Source of the DNA: Leucoraja erinacea
Taxonomy: Eukaryota
Direction: 5' to 3'
Length of the DNA stretch: 64,000 nt
Assembly: GCF_028641065.1 (NCBI RefSeq)
Contig: NC_073391.1
Location: forward strand, 12,586,001-12,650,000
The translations under genes were made by a program, and so were the position numbers. Positions 38,270-49,589 of this stretch are shown one piece after another. How positions within the stretch are numbered: the stretch's first letter is position 1; each line of letters opens with the position of its first letter. The notes under the pieces are model-generated. The model worked only from the letters and a program-made list of their open reading frames with translations. It did no database searches and was not told the origin of the DNA.

Positions 38270-38609
38270 TGTCACGTTGGTGCAGCGGTAGAGTTTCTGC
38301 CTTGCAGTGCCAGAGACCCAGGTTCGATCTTGACTACGGGTGCTGTCTTTAAGGAGATTGTACGTTCTCCCCGTGATCTGTGTAGGTTTTCACCGAGATG
38401 TTTGGTTTCCTCCCACACACCAAAGACGTGCATGTTTCTAGGCTAATTGGCGACATTAATTGGTATAATTGGTTAATTGGTATAAATGTAAATTGCCCCT
38501 AGCCTGCATACGATAGTGTTAGTGTGTGGGGATGGTTGGTCACTGATAGTGGTCAGTGCGAACTCGGTGGGCTGAAGTGCCTGTTTCCGTGCTGTATCTC
38601 TAAACTAAA
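38270..38609 (+). mobile_element. tRNA-derived V-SINE (HE1-like)
   Basis: A-box-like TGGTGCAGCGG, B-box GGTTCGATCT, V-core and tail. Confidence 0.9.
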
Positions 38610-39369
38610 GCAATCAATTTTTTGACTGCATGATGTCACAAGGAACTTATGCAACTGAACTTTTGGGCAATATCGTTCAGGAACACATGGAACATATTCC
38701 CAAAACTTGTTCATCCAACAAGTTTTAGATGAGTTGCACATGAAGCTCGTAAAGCAGCAAAATGGTATAGCAGTAGAACTTCCTTCTTGGTTGTATGCCC
38801 TTGATGTAATAACATATCTGCATTGTACTCTGCTCCAGAATTTATTTCTTTAGAATAGAATGTTGTAGGCAGTGTAGAATGCACATCTGTTACTATATCA
38901 AAGGGATACATTTCTATTACGTTCTCCTGAATTTTGTGGCCTGTGGTGAATCAGTGGTTCTCATCATTAATAGCTGCCTAAAGGGAAGCAATTTAGGCAA
39001 TCAGGAATGTGGTACAATATAGTACCTAATGCAAAGGATCTAGGACCTGCATTGAGGTAAGCAGCAAAGCGTTTTTTTAACTAAGAACCTTGAAATGCTT
39101 GCAATGTTAGTACAAACATAAATTTATGTATTTCATTCATTCTAATGTACAGGTGTGAAGTAAGCATAGATGAATGGAACTAGGATTAAAAGAGAGAAAT
39201 TGAGGATGGAAAACAAAACATATAAAAAAATAATTTGTATTAATATGTCCAATACTTGGAAAATGATTGTGAGAGGGTCTATACTTGAAAGGAAAATATT
39301 CTTTAGTACTTTAAGGTGGTTATTGAGGAAGATTATGACATTAACTAAACTGATACATGAATGGACAAT

Positions 39370-39685
39370 GGAGCAGCACAATGGCCCAGCTGGAGAGCTG
39401 CTTCCTCACGGTGCCAGAGACCCAGGTTCGACCGCAACTTCATCTTCTGTCATTATGGAGTTTGCACATTCTCCCTCTTATCGCGAGGGTTTCCTCTGGG
39501 TTCTCTGGTTTCCTCCCACATTCCAAAGGGTTGCGGATTTGTAGGTTTATTAGCCTCTGTAAAATGTTGCCCTTAGTCTATAGGGAGTGAATACAAAAGT
39601 GGGATAATATAGACCTAGTGAAAAGGGGTGATCGGTGATTGGAGGACCGAAGGGCCTGTTTCCATGCTTGTATCTCTAAAACTAA
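39370..39685 (+). mobile_element. tRNA-derived V-SINE (older variant)
   Basis: GGTTCGACC box, V-core and CR1-like tail. Confidence 0.85.
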
Positions 39686-41906
39686 CACAAGAACTAAGAA
39701 CTAATTTCTTCTACTATGTTTACATTATAAATAGGAGCAGGAGGAGGCCATCTGGCTCTTCAAACCTACCTCCACCATTTAATGTGATCATTGCTGATCC
39801 TCAATATCATATTCCCACTTGTAGACTATTATGACAAGAGTGGCTCTCCAGGGTGTAAGCACTACACCCTTGCACATGCTGAGTTTTCCAGCAAGATTGA
39901 ATTGTCTGGAGAAGAAGGAAGACCTGGACAGCAACTTCCTCTAGAAATTCCACACCCAAGGGATAAACACACCCTTGCACAACCATACTGAACCTAGGGC
40001 TACCTTGTGAAGAAATTGAATCAGCCCCTTATACAACACTTACTGGCATCTGCTGTTATCATATTCTATTAGTGAGCTTTGTATCTCACCTCTTCACAAA
40101 CCTCCTAGCACCTTCTGACTAAGGATATCACAGTGTAGCCATCAACTTAGATTTGTGCAACCATTTGTGACCACCGCTACATTTATCTTCTAATACTATC
40201 AAATTGTTTTCACAGCCTGTACTGTCTCATCAACTCATAGCCTGACTGATTATCTAAAGTCCTACTTTAAAATCACCTTTTTAAAAAGCAATGTGATATC
40301 ACCACTGTGTGTTCTTGTTTTGAAAACCACACCATTGAGTGGATAATTACCCAACACTGTTAGGAACAATGTCATGTCAACTGTGGCTGGAGCATATGAA
40401 TATAATATGTTCATTACACAAGACATAGCTATGACAGAATGTGAAGTCGGAGAAAATGGAGAAAGATAGCCAGGCATGTAAGAAGGACACAGCAATATTT
40501 TCTAATTTAACGTGAGGGACTTCCACTTGAAAGTAATGCCATCAATAAAGATTTATGCATTGTATAAAGCGGTTGCAATAAAGTTGTTATGATTTAACTT
40601 GCACATGTGAAATGCAAGAAATTATTTATTTTGAATGGCAGCTTCAAAATTATTAATAAATAATGACAAGTCATGATCCAGATTGATCAATTGTATTATA
40701 TGATTTAGGAAAAGCATGAATTGACAAGAATTGAAAGGTTGCCGAAACCATGACAATCCTGAAACCTTTTTTGTTTGCCTTGTTCCCTGTTTAGACAGTA
40801 CTACTGCCTTATAAATGCTCCCATTGAATGTAGGGCAAATCATAAACCTCAGCTATAGGAGTATATTGCTGCCGCTCTGCTCACAACGTCTTCAGGGATA
40901 AAGTCTTTTGCATTTGCAATGTAAAAAAGGTTATTTAAGATAGGCACGGTTTCCTTTCTGAAGAATTTGCAAGCGTGGGGGTTCATCATTCCATTAAATA
41001 CCTTAGGAGTATAATAAAGAGATTGGTGTAGCTCTTCTAAGTCATACATTATTGTAATGTCCATTAATTCTCCGAAAGTAACTAGGCTCTGACAGTGAAA
41101 TGCAATTTACTGGGCATTTAGAAAGTTGTTATGAGCTTTTCGTTGAATCATCCTTAAAATATAAAAGATGTTTAGCTCTCAGGATTACTTGTATTAGGTT
41201 TGGAATGTGATTGGCTTCTGACAGTCCTGATCCATTGAGTCAACATTTATTTCACTTATTTTAAGTTTCAGACGATGCTCAAAATTTCAAGTAAGTGTTA
41301 ATGCGACAGTAACAAAATTAATTCAATATAATTTTGCAGTTAAGCATGATCTGCAAAAATTCAGCAACCAAATCACAATTTCATGTTTTAAAAGCTCAGT
41401 ATTTACTTTGTGTTTGATCTGTGGTTGGTTGTTTCCATTTTATTTGTGCCTCTCCACTAATATTTTACGTTTCTTGTTTTATTAAAACGACAATGAAAAT
41501 TATGGTTTGGAATTATTGTCAAAGGCGAGCAAAAATATTAATGGTCACAAATCTAGAGCAGTAATATCATTGATGGAACTCCTGGGAGTAAACTTATGGA
41601 AGGATGTTGTATAAAATGGAGAGTGAACCAGAGACAGACAACATCAATGCTGTATTCTCCAAATCATACATCCATTAAATGTGATACTCAACTGGAGGTT
41701 ATGGGTGTGGTTCCACAGTGGAATAACACAATCCAATCTGTTACACAACTGTGTTCCATCTTATTGTTGGTGGAAGAAGTAACAATATGCATTTAGATAG
41801 CACCTTTAACATGCTGCAATATCTCCAGAAACATAGTAAATGGATATTGCGACGGATGTTAAGAATGAGTCTCAAGAGAACCATTTGTGGTGTAATCTCT
41901 GTAATT

Positions 41907-42220
41907 CAGTTTTATTTGAGTTTAGAGATACAGAGGGAAAACAGGCCCTTCGGCCCACCGAGTCCACGCCGACCAACAATCATCCGTACTCTAGTTCTAT
42001 GATATCCCAGTTTTGCATGCAAAACTAGGAGCAATTTACAGAAGCCAATTAACCTACAAATCTACACATCTTTGGAGTGTGAAAGGCAACCAGAGCATCA
42101 AGAAAAAATCCACTCGTTCACAGGGAGAACGTACAAACTCCGTGCAGACAGCACTCGTAGTCAGGATCAAACCCAGGTCTCCGGCACTGTAAGGTAGCAA
42201 CATGGCCGCTGCGCCACTGT
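41907..42220 (-). mobile_element. tRNA-derived V-SINE (HE1-like)
   Basis: As for the other copies. Confidence 0.9.
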
Positions 42221-43229
42221 GAGTAAAAGATATACATATTAAGAAACATGTTAAAGGAGAGAGATCGAGAGCAGTTTCAGAGAGAATTGTAGAGTTTTAG
42301 CCTGGACAGCTGGATAAGAACATACTGCACAAGTTGTAACAGTTGGAAAGATGCAGAATCCATGCAGAGTTGTTGGACCAGGTGTGGTTACATAGTTAGG
42401 ATGAGAAAAGACATGGAGATATATGAACCCAATCATGCAAAGCATAACCAGGGGGGAATAGTAGGATATAACAATTGTAGGAAAACAGTGGGAAATACTC
42501 CAATAATCTTGGAACGCAAAGCCCACTGAAAATGTTGACTCATATTCTATGCAGATATTTCTATGTCAGTCATTGAGTTGGATATGGACTCTATTTAAGG
42601 AGCTGTTGAGACTGATGAAAGAAGCAAGTCTAATCAAGATGCTTTCAACAAAAAAATCATTGCATGGAAAGCAGTCAAACATATTAAATGTATTTAAATT
42701 CAATCTTAATCATATCAGCAACACAATCAGTAGTTTTGACTGCTGGCAATGAACGTCCATGTATTGGGCTTCTCCCAGGTTGAAACTTGTAGGCTTTACA
42801 ACAAAAACACAGTTTGACTAACTAAACCATGATCAATGACACCAAACAATGATACTGAGTTGTTAATATATGCTGCCAAATTGATTTGGTAAGCATGCAT
42901 ACTCTAGCTGATAGATATACTGTTTATTATTCCAAAATGACACCAAAATCAACTAAGATCAGATTTCCAGCACACTGTCCACTGTTATTTTGCCTGTGAG
43001 GAGATAGCTTCATCAATGCTTATTTTGGTTGGGGGTTTCTGATTTCTTTAGGCATCTGCAAGTATTTGGTGCATACAAATGATGTAGCAGGCAGGTGTAA
43101 CTTTCTATCCTGCCATTATTATTCTAGATCAAGGAAGTTACTTCAAGACCCAAGTATTACCTTTCAATTCAACATAATTCAAAGAATAAACAGAGGCTAT
43201 GCAGGTGTAGAACCAATGGCTGGATCAAG

Positions 43230-44020
43230 TGAGAGAGAGAGAGGCTTTCACCAGGAGGCCACTTTCATGTCAGGAAGAAGAGATGGGAAATGTGTACTTC
43301 AGTAAAAATGGTCTCACGGAACCCCTGGCACTTGCTCCAGCCAATTTTACAATCTTCAAGAACCTTATTTCCGTCAAGTTGTGTCTAAGTGGCCATGGCA
43401 TGGCAATGGGCATCTCCCAGGCTGAAACTTGTAGTTTGACAACAAACCAGTTTGCATTCTACTGTCACATAATCTGGGTCAATGAAGCTCCCCTAAAATA
43501 CATTCTTGTTGTGCCCAAATGGAGGTTGGTGAAGTGAATATGTTACTTTACAAGATTTGCAGGCTTCCCTAAGGTGCCCGTTGCCTTTAACTGCTTGCTC
43601 TTTGTTTTCCCAGTGCACCATTTCAGCTTTGTGAAGTATTGCAACCAGACAGGTTTTCACTCCCTCAGTGACTGGCTGGTGCATGGCCCGCAGACAGTAC
43701 ACTACACTGATCAATGGCTGCTGCTACCCTTGCAACCGTCATGATACTTTAATTGTGTGGTAGGAACTCTGCTGTTTGTAATTGAGCCATTACAACAAAC
43801 CAAAAGGATAGGGGTAAGATGACAAAACCTATCGGCTGCTGACATGGCCCATAACTTGCTTTCAATTCTCATGGTCATATCGGCAACATGCATACCTCAG
43901 CTGTAACACAAAATGTTTTAATACAGTTCAATGGCACGCCGAGGATCTGCAGTCATTGACAGAGTGGCTATCAAGATGTTTGTTTGTTGCGCATCTTCAA
44001 CCACATGAGGACTCAGACCT
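43230..44020 (+). pseudogene. PIF/Harbinger DDE transposase relic (HARBI1-like family)
   Basis: Collinear decayed motifs: NQFAFYCHIIWVNEA, RFAGFPKVPVAFNC (cf. AGFPxVxGAIDC), YCNQTGFHSL (cf. NRKGFHSL), YPCNRHDTF (cf. PGSxHDA), DDKTYRLLTWPIT (cf. GDxGYxLxxWLMTP). Confidence 0.75.
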
Positions 44021-44279
44021 TGCTGCCAGCTACCATTTCCACCATTGTTTTTCCTGAGCAGCAGAAGGGCATATGTTGAGAGGAGGGAGAGAGAAACATT
44101 AACTGCATGGACTGGTACATCTGTCTATGGCTCCAGTGAACACGACCCCTTTTTCACACTCACCACCAGTCATATTTTCTCCGTTGCTGACTATGGCAGA
44201 GCTGGCTTGGTCACGATGCATAAAATAAACTCAAATGCAAAGGTTTGGCCACATTTCCATTTAACCTATTCTTCTCCAT

Positions 44280-44685
44280 GGATTGTCACCTTGTCGTGGT
44301 GGAGAAGCTTGTGTTGACCCGAGATCCTGAGAACGATGCCTCCATGTCTGGAGCAATGCTCCAGGTAGGGCCACCCATGGCGTTAAGGTCAAAGGGGAGG
44401 TCTGACAAAGAGCAATCTAACCAATGGTGGAACAGGCAGAGGATGATGGCTGACCTTTGTGGAGTGTCACAAGGGCTGGGAAATCAGTTGAAGGCTGCAG
44501 CAGAAAAGTGTTTCCAGTCGTCTTGGACTCCATGCCACTGCATCCCAACCCAGATCAGTCAAGGACCGTGGGGCGGCTGTCTGTGCACCAGTCTCCCCAC
44601 GTTAAACAAAATCACGCACAAGTGTCCTCCATACAGGGAATAGCACCCTGGAGATACCCATGGTCAGCCATGACTGAAGGGGGCC
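44280..44685 (+). mobile_element. RTE (Expander/BovB-like 5'UTR)-derived non-autonomous element
   Basis: CACCTTGTCGTGGTGGAGA...AGGGCCACCCATG motifs typical of RTE 5' ends. Confidence 0.7.
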
Positions 44686-44694
44686 AAAGAAGAT

Positions 44695-45162
44695 CCTGGA
44701 ATGTCAGGACTTCATATGAAGAAAGACTGAATAGACTTGGCTTGTACTCGCTAGAATTTAGAAGATTGAGGGGGGATCTTATAAAAACTTATAAAATTCT
44801 TAAGGGGTTGGACAGGCTAGATGCAGGAAGATTGTTCCCGATGTTGGGGAAGTCCAGGTCAAGGGGTCACAGTTTAAGGATAAAGGGGAAATCCTTTAGG
44901 ACCGAGATGAGAAAAATGTTCTTCACACAGAGAGTGATGAATCTCTGGAACTCTCTGCCACAGAAGGTAGTTGAGGCCAGTTAATTGGCTATATTTAAGA
45001 GGGAGTTAGATGTGGCCCTTGTGACTAAAAGGATCAGGGGGTTTGGAGAGAAGGCAGGTACGGGATACTGAGTTGGATGATCAGCCATGATCATATTGAA
45101 TGGTGGTGCAGGCTCGAAGGGCCGAATGGCCTACTCCTGCACCTATTTTCTATGTATCTATG
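44695..45162 (+). mobile_element. Young CR1 LINE 3' fragment
   Basis: Open frame SYEERLNRLGLYSLEFRRLRGDLIKTYKILKGLDRLD...FFTQRVMNLWNSLPQ and a (TCTATGT)n tail. Confidence 0.95.
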
Positions 45163-45851
45163 TAAACAAAGTCACGCACAGGCGTCCTCCATATAGGGAA
45201 TAGCACCCTGGAGATACCCATGGTCACCATGACCGAAGGGGGCCTGAGAAGGCTATTTTACACAGGGGCTAATTTGCAAGCTTCAATTAACATTAACAAG
45301 CATGTTTTTGTCATATGAGGTGAAAAAACAACACGTAGGGAAAACTCAAGCAGTCACAGGAACATGCAGACTATACTCAGATGGTACTATCATTCGGGTT
45401 GGAACAGGAGTCACTAGATCTATGAGGCAGCAGTACTGCTGCACCACCACGCTGTTCAAAACATGCCATGTTCCACATATCTATTAACAAATCTTTTTAA
45501 TGCTGTTTTGTTAGTCCCTGTCTTGCACAACTTTATGGTGCTCATAGGCAGCGTTTCTCCAGTGACCAGATGCTCAATTATCCCAAAGTGTCACAGTGGC
45601 CATGAGTTGCAAATCGTGGCTCTAGTTGTCATCAACTGGTCTTGAAGATTAGTTGCAGAAGGCATTTATTTCTCCACTTGGCATCTCAGGAGGCAATTGA
45701 CTAGATCCCCAGTCATCAGACAGGGCACAACCACAGACATTGGGTTATAATGTTGCAGCAGGTGTACACATGTGGCCGACATGAACAACAGAGTGGTGTA
45801 CACACTATGGAAACTGCTTTCATTACCCAGAGTCGCACTTCAACAAACTTA

Positions 45852-46077
45852 TGCCCCTGTCCCACTTAGGAAACCTGAACAGAAACCTCTGGAGACTTTG
45901 CGCCCTACCCAAGGTTTCCGTGCGGTTCCCGGAGGTTTTTGTCAGTCTCCCTACCTGCTTCCACTACCTGCAACCTCCGGCAACCACCTGCAAACTCCGG
46001 GAACCGCACGGAAACCTTGGGTGGGGTGCAAAGTCTCCAGAGGTTTCCGTTCAGGTTTCCTAAGTGGGACAGGGGCA
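45852..46077. mobile_element. PIF/Harbinger (Tourist-like) MITE with TIRs of about 83 bp
   Basis: TGCCCCTGTCCCACTTAGGAAACC... inverted at both ends. TTA duplication (45849-45851, 46078-46080). Confidence 0.92.
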
Positions 46078-46602
46078 TTAGTTTCTGCTGCAATGGAAAA
46101 AGATATTCTTCATCATTATTGCCTTCTTACTCATCTATCTGCTGCGTCTCCACCTTTGCGTGGACAGGTTCTAGTTCTTGAATAACAGGGGAAGAAGCAC
46201 AGACCTGGTTGCAGTGGGAATTAAGTGGTGCCGGCTTGTACCACCCGCAACCTGCAAGTTAAAACGTATTTTGAAGTCGGGGATCTGAGATGTTGGAAGA
46301 AGTTCCATTCGAGTTGCTGGCTGTGGCCGCAATATTCACTGTTCCAGGTGGTGTCACCTCCATCTTCCCCGTGGAGTAAGGTTACAAAGCCCCACCTGAC
46401 CATGAATAATCTGAGCTGCTTCTTCCTCCTGTTGTGTGCAGTCCAACCCTACAAAGGAGCAGACAGCGCAGCAGTAGGTGAGTCATGGTAGTCTTGGATG
46501 ATCTGCCAGTCGAAGTTTAATAGCTGTGTGTGTGTGTGTGTGTGTGATGGGCTATAAGGTTTGCAGTGAGACCGAGTACTCGAGAGTAAGTTGACCCTCT
46601 GA

Positions 46603-46807
46603 ACTGAAAAGAAAAACTGCTGGAAATGCTCAGCGGCTCTGCCAGCATCGGTAGAAAGAGAAACGGTTTGTGTTTCAGTTTGAGAACCTTCATCAGCCAT
46701 TTTTCATCAGATCTGGGTTCTGAGGAAGGGTCTTCATCCTGCAACATTAACCATTTCTCTTTGCATTTCTGATTTCCAGCATCTGCAGTTATTTTGTTTG
46801 TATTTTT
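46603..46807. mobile_element. Older Penelope pLTR inverted dimer
   Basis: Reverse-strand CTGATGA (46696-46690)...GAAAC core and forward CTGAGGAAGGG. TSD TTGA(C/A)CCTCTGA (46591-46602, 46808-46819). Confidence 0.75.
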
Positions 46808-47501
46808 TTGAACCTCTGATTTTTTTATACTTATAGAGGTTGTTGATGAGTGAGAGATATCTGTAATGCACTAAGAAGTAACAGAGGCTAATGATGCATC
46901 TTATTGAAGATAGCAATTGACAATGCATTTACTGAACTTAGAACTAGTGAGGTCTGAACATCTGAGGAAACTGTTCCTCCATTTTCAGTTCTTGATTCCT
47001 GGAAAGCCCATGCATCTGGTCTTCTTACCTTTGGAGAGTTTGCCAAGCCTCTGCGAGGATAGAGCACATCTCCTCCCACTCCTCCTGCAGACCTCCAGTA
47101 CAGCACTGGAAAGCCAGCATTCACCCAATTTTCCCCACCATCAATTTTTCTTCTGTCAGACTACGTTACACATGGACTTTCACTGCTTGCAGATGCCACA
47201 TTTAACATTGCTTTAATTGGTGCAGGATGGTTGTAAACAATACAGGCTTTCACTGTCCTATTTAGTCATTAGTTTGTCTTGTGGTGCAGTGAAAAGTTTT
47301 TGTTGCATGCTAACCAGTCAGCGGAGAGACAATACATGATTACAATCAAGCTATTTACAGATACATGAGAGATACATGTTAAAAGGAATATCGTGAATAA
47401 CATTTAGTGCAAGATAACGCCAGTAAAGTCCAATCAAAGATAGTCCGAGGGTCTCCAATGAGGTAGATAATGAGTCAGGATTGGTCTCTAGTTGTTGGTA
47501 G

Positions 47502-47589
47502 GTAGACAAAAGTGCTGGAGAAACTCAGCGGGTGCAGCAGCATCTATGGAACGACGGAAGTAGGCAACGTTTCGTGCCGAAACCCTTCT
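47502..47589 (-). mobile_element. About 90-nt Penelope pLTR element, second subfamily, inserted in a Rex tail (47255-47500)
   Basis: Perfect 15-bp TSD TCTAGTTGTTGGTAG (47487-47501, 47590-47604). Confidence 0.88.
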
Positions 47590-48645
47590 TCTAGTTGTTG
47601 GTAGTTTAGTTTAGTTTAGTTTGGGGGGCTGCTGAGATGGGCTCCCATTCCACGGAATACCATGTGTTAGCTGGAATTATAGTAGTTGGCAGGCAGGAAG
47701 TCAGTGTGCTGCCTGCAAGAGAAGCAACTGATGGGGGTTAATCAGTTAGCATAACCAGAGTGGCCATTTCTTGGGAATGTCCACTTTAGACAAACGCAAG
47801 TCTTTAAAAGATAAATATGGGGTGCTCACATTGAAAGAAGTTAGGATTAGAGAAAAGAAGTCCATTCCCATACCTGCTGTCCTCTGTTTCAATGAATGAA
47901 ATCACCCACTAGTGCCAAATAGGAGACACTTGTGTGACTGGCTCAATGTTGTTGTTCAATGATGAGCAAAGCTAACAACAGTCTGGAATCCTTACCGTCC
48001 GCCTTCCCACTCTGTGGCATCAGGGCAACTCTCAAGGGAACTTCACCTGCTCAGAAATAGGCAGCCAACTGCTTAAAATCTCACCGAGGTTTAAAAGGAA
48101 TGAACGGTTAAATTTAGGAGGCTGTGAGGTGTAGTGAGACTTTAGTGTCAGCAACTAAGATTCTAATCTAGCTATTTCAAAGAGCAGTCTCCCAGGGGGA
48201 GTAGCTTTAATCTAACCCCCTTGGCAGGAAACCAATGGGATCGAATCGCCTGCACGTTTTAAATCCCACACAATTTTGCTTTCTACTGAAGCCAATATAA
48301 AATAAAATTGGGCAGGGTGCTCTTTCCCTGAGTCATGATGCTCAATGTGAGAAAAGTGCTTCCTGATTTGACTCTTAAATGGTCTCTCTCTAATTTTATG
48401 ATTATGCCCTGCTGTTTTGGATTTCCCCGAATTCCTCTGTATCTGCTCTATCAAATCCCAATGCCATTTTAAATGCTTTGATTAGATCACATCAGCCCCC
48501 CCTGGGTATGACCCTTCATGCCCTGGTTTTGATCTGTTTTTATTTAGGATAAATACCTTTCTCACATATTTAATCAGAATTGAATGCGATGTTCTGGGTG
48601 ACATTTGCCCAATTAAGTGTGACTTTCCAGTCTAGCCCATTTTGA

Positions 48646-48935
48646 TACTGCAGATGGTGGAATTTTGAGCCAAACACAAATACAGGAGTAACTCAGCGAG
48701 TCAGGCAGCATCTGTGGAGGGAATGGATAATTGACGTTTCAGGTCGGGAATCTTCTTCAGACTTATTGCAGTAGGGGGTAGAAAGCTGGAAAAAAGAGAT
48801 GGGGGGTGGGACAAAGCTTGGCAAGTGATAGGTGGATACAGGTGAGGGAGGTGTTGATTACTTCACCCATCTGCAAATCAACCTCTCCGCAGATGCTGCC
48901 TGAACCATTGGGTTCTCCAGAACTTTGTGTTTATC
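48646..48935. mobile_element. Penelope pLTR inverted dimer
   Basis: Reverse strand GTCTGAAGAAGATTCCCGACCTGAAACGTC. Right arm is in sense orientation. Confidence 0.82.
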
Positions 48936-49589
48936 CATTTGAAACATAGGTTGACGTTTGTAAGCCTATCCAGTTGCCAATTGTTCTTGTGCACAATGTT
49001 TTGAATGGTATATACACTCGTATGCCAAATATTTGCACTCTTACAACTCCAAACACTCACTATTTAGATCCAGAATGAATGGTGCCCCATGCACCGAATT
49101 CCATTTGCAAGTGTATTGTCCATTCTTTTAATCTTTCAACAGGTCTTTGCAACTTGATATAAACAGCTCAGTATGCCATTTTATGTTTGCCCATCTGACA
49201 TTACTTGAAGCACAAATGGAGCTATAGCAATATATGGAAGTTGTCCTCCATGTAAATGTGTTGGTCATGAGTAAGTCACCAACCTATGTACAAAGTGTGA
49301 TGCAAGCCTAATTGATTGAGGAGAGATTTTCCCAGTTGAGTTAGAATGTAAAGGCATTGAAATCAGCAGAAAGTAACATTGTGTGGGATTTAAAATGTTT
49401 AGTCTGGAATCCATACCATCCAGTTCCCTTCAAATCTTCATATGAAGATCAGCTGCTAAGAGATTGGTAACCTACTGCTTTATGCCTTACTGTCTTTAAA
49501 ATGAGAAAATTGTTACATTTAAGAGGCTGTAAGTGATTCCATTCTAACTATTTAAAAGTTCTGAACATGAACTAATTGATATTACAGCA

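Noticed and set aside
39826-39855. 30-nt plus-strand micro-exon
   Set aside because: The acceptor adjoins an antisense CR1 tail and the donor context is weak.
40849-41064. 71-aa ORF with protein-like composition
   Set aside because: No splice signals or recognisable homology.
47996-48046. 51-nt minus-strand exon candidate (GEVPLRVALMPQSGKAD)
   Set aside because: Poor polypyrimidine tract, lies among decayed repeats, and is expected by chance.
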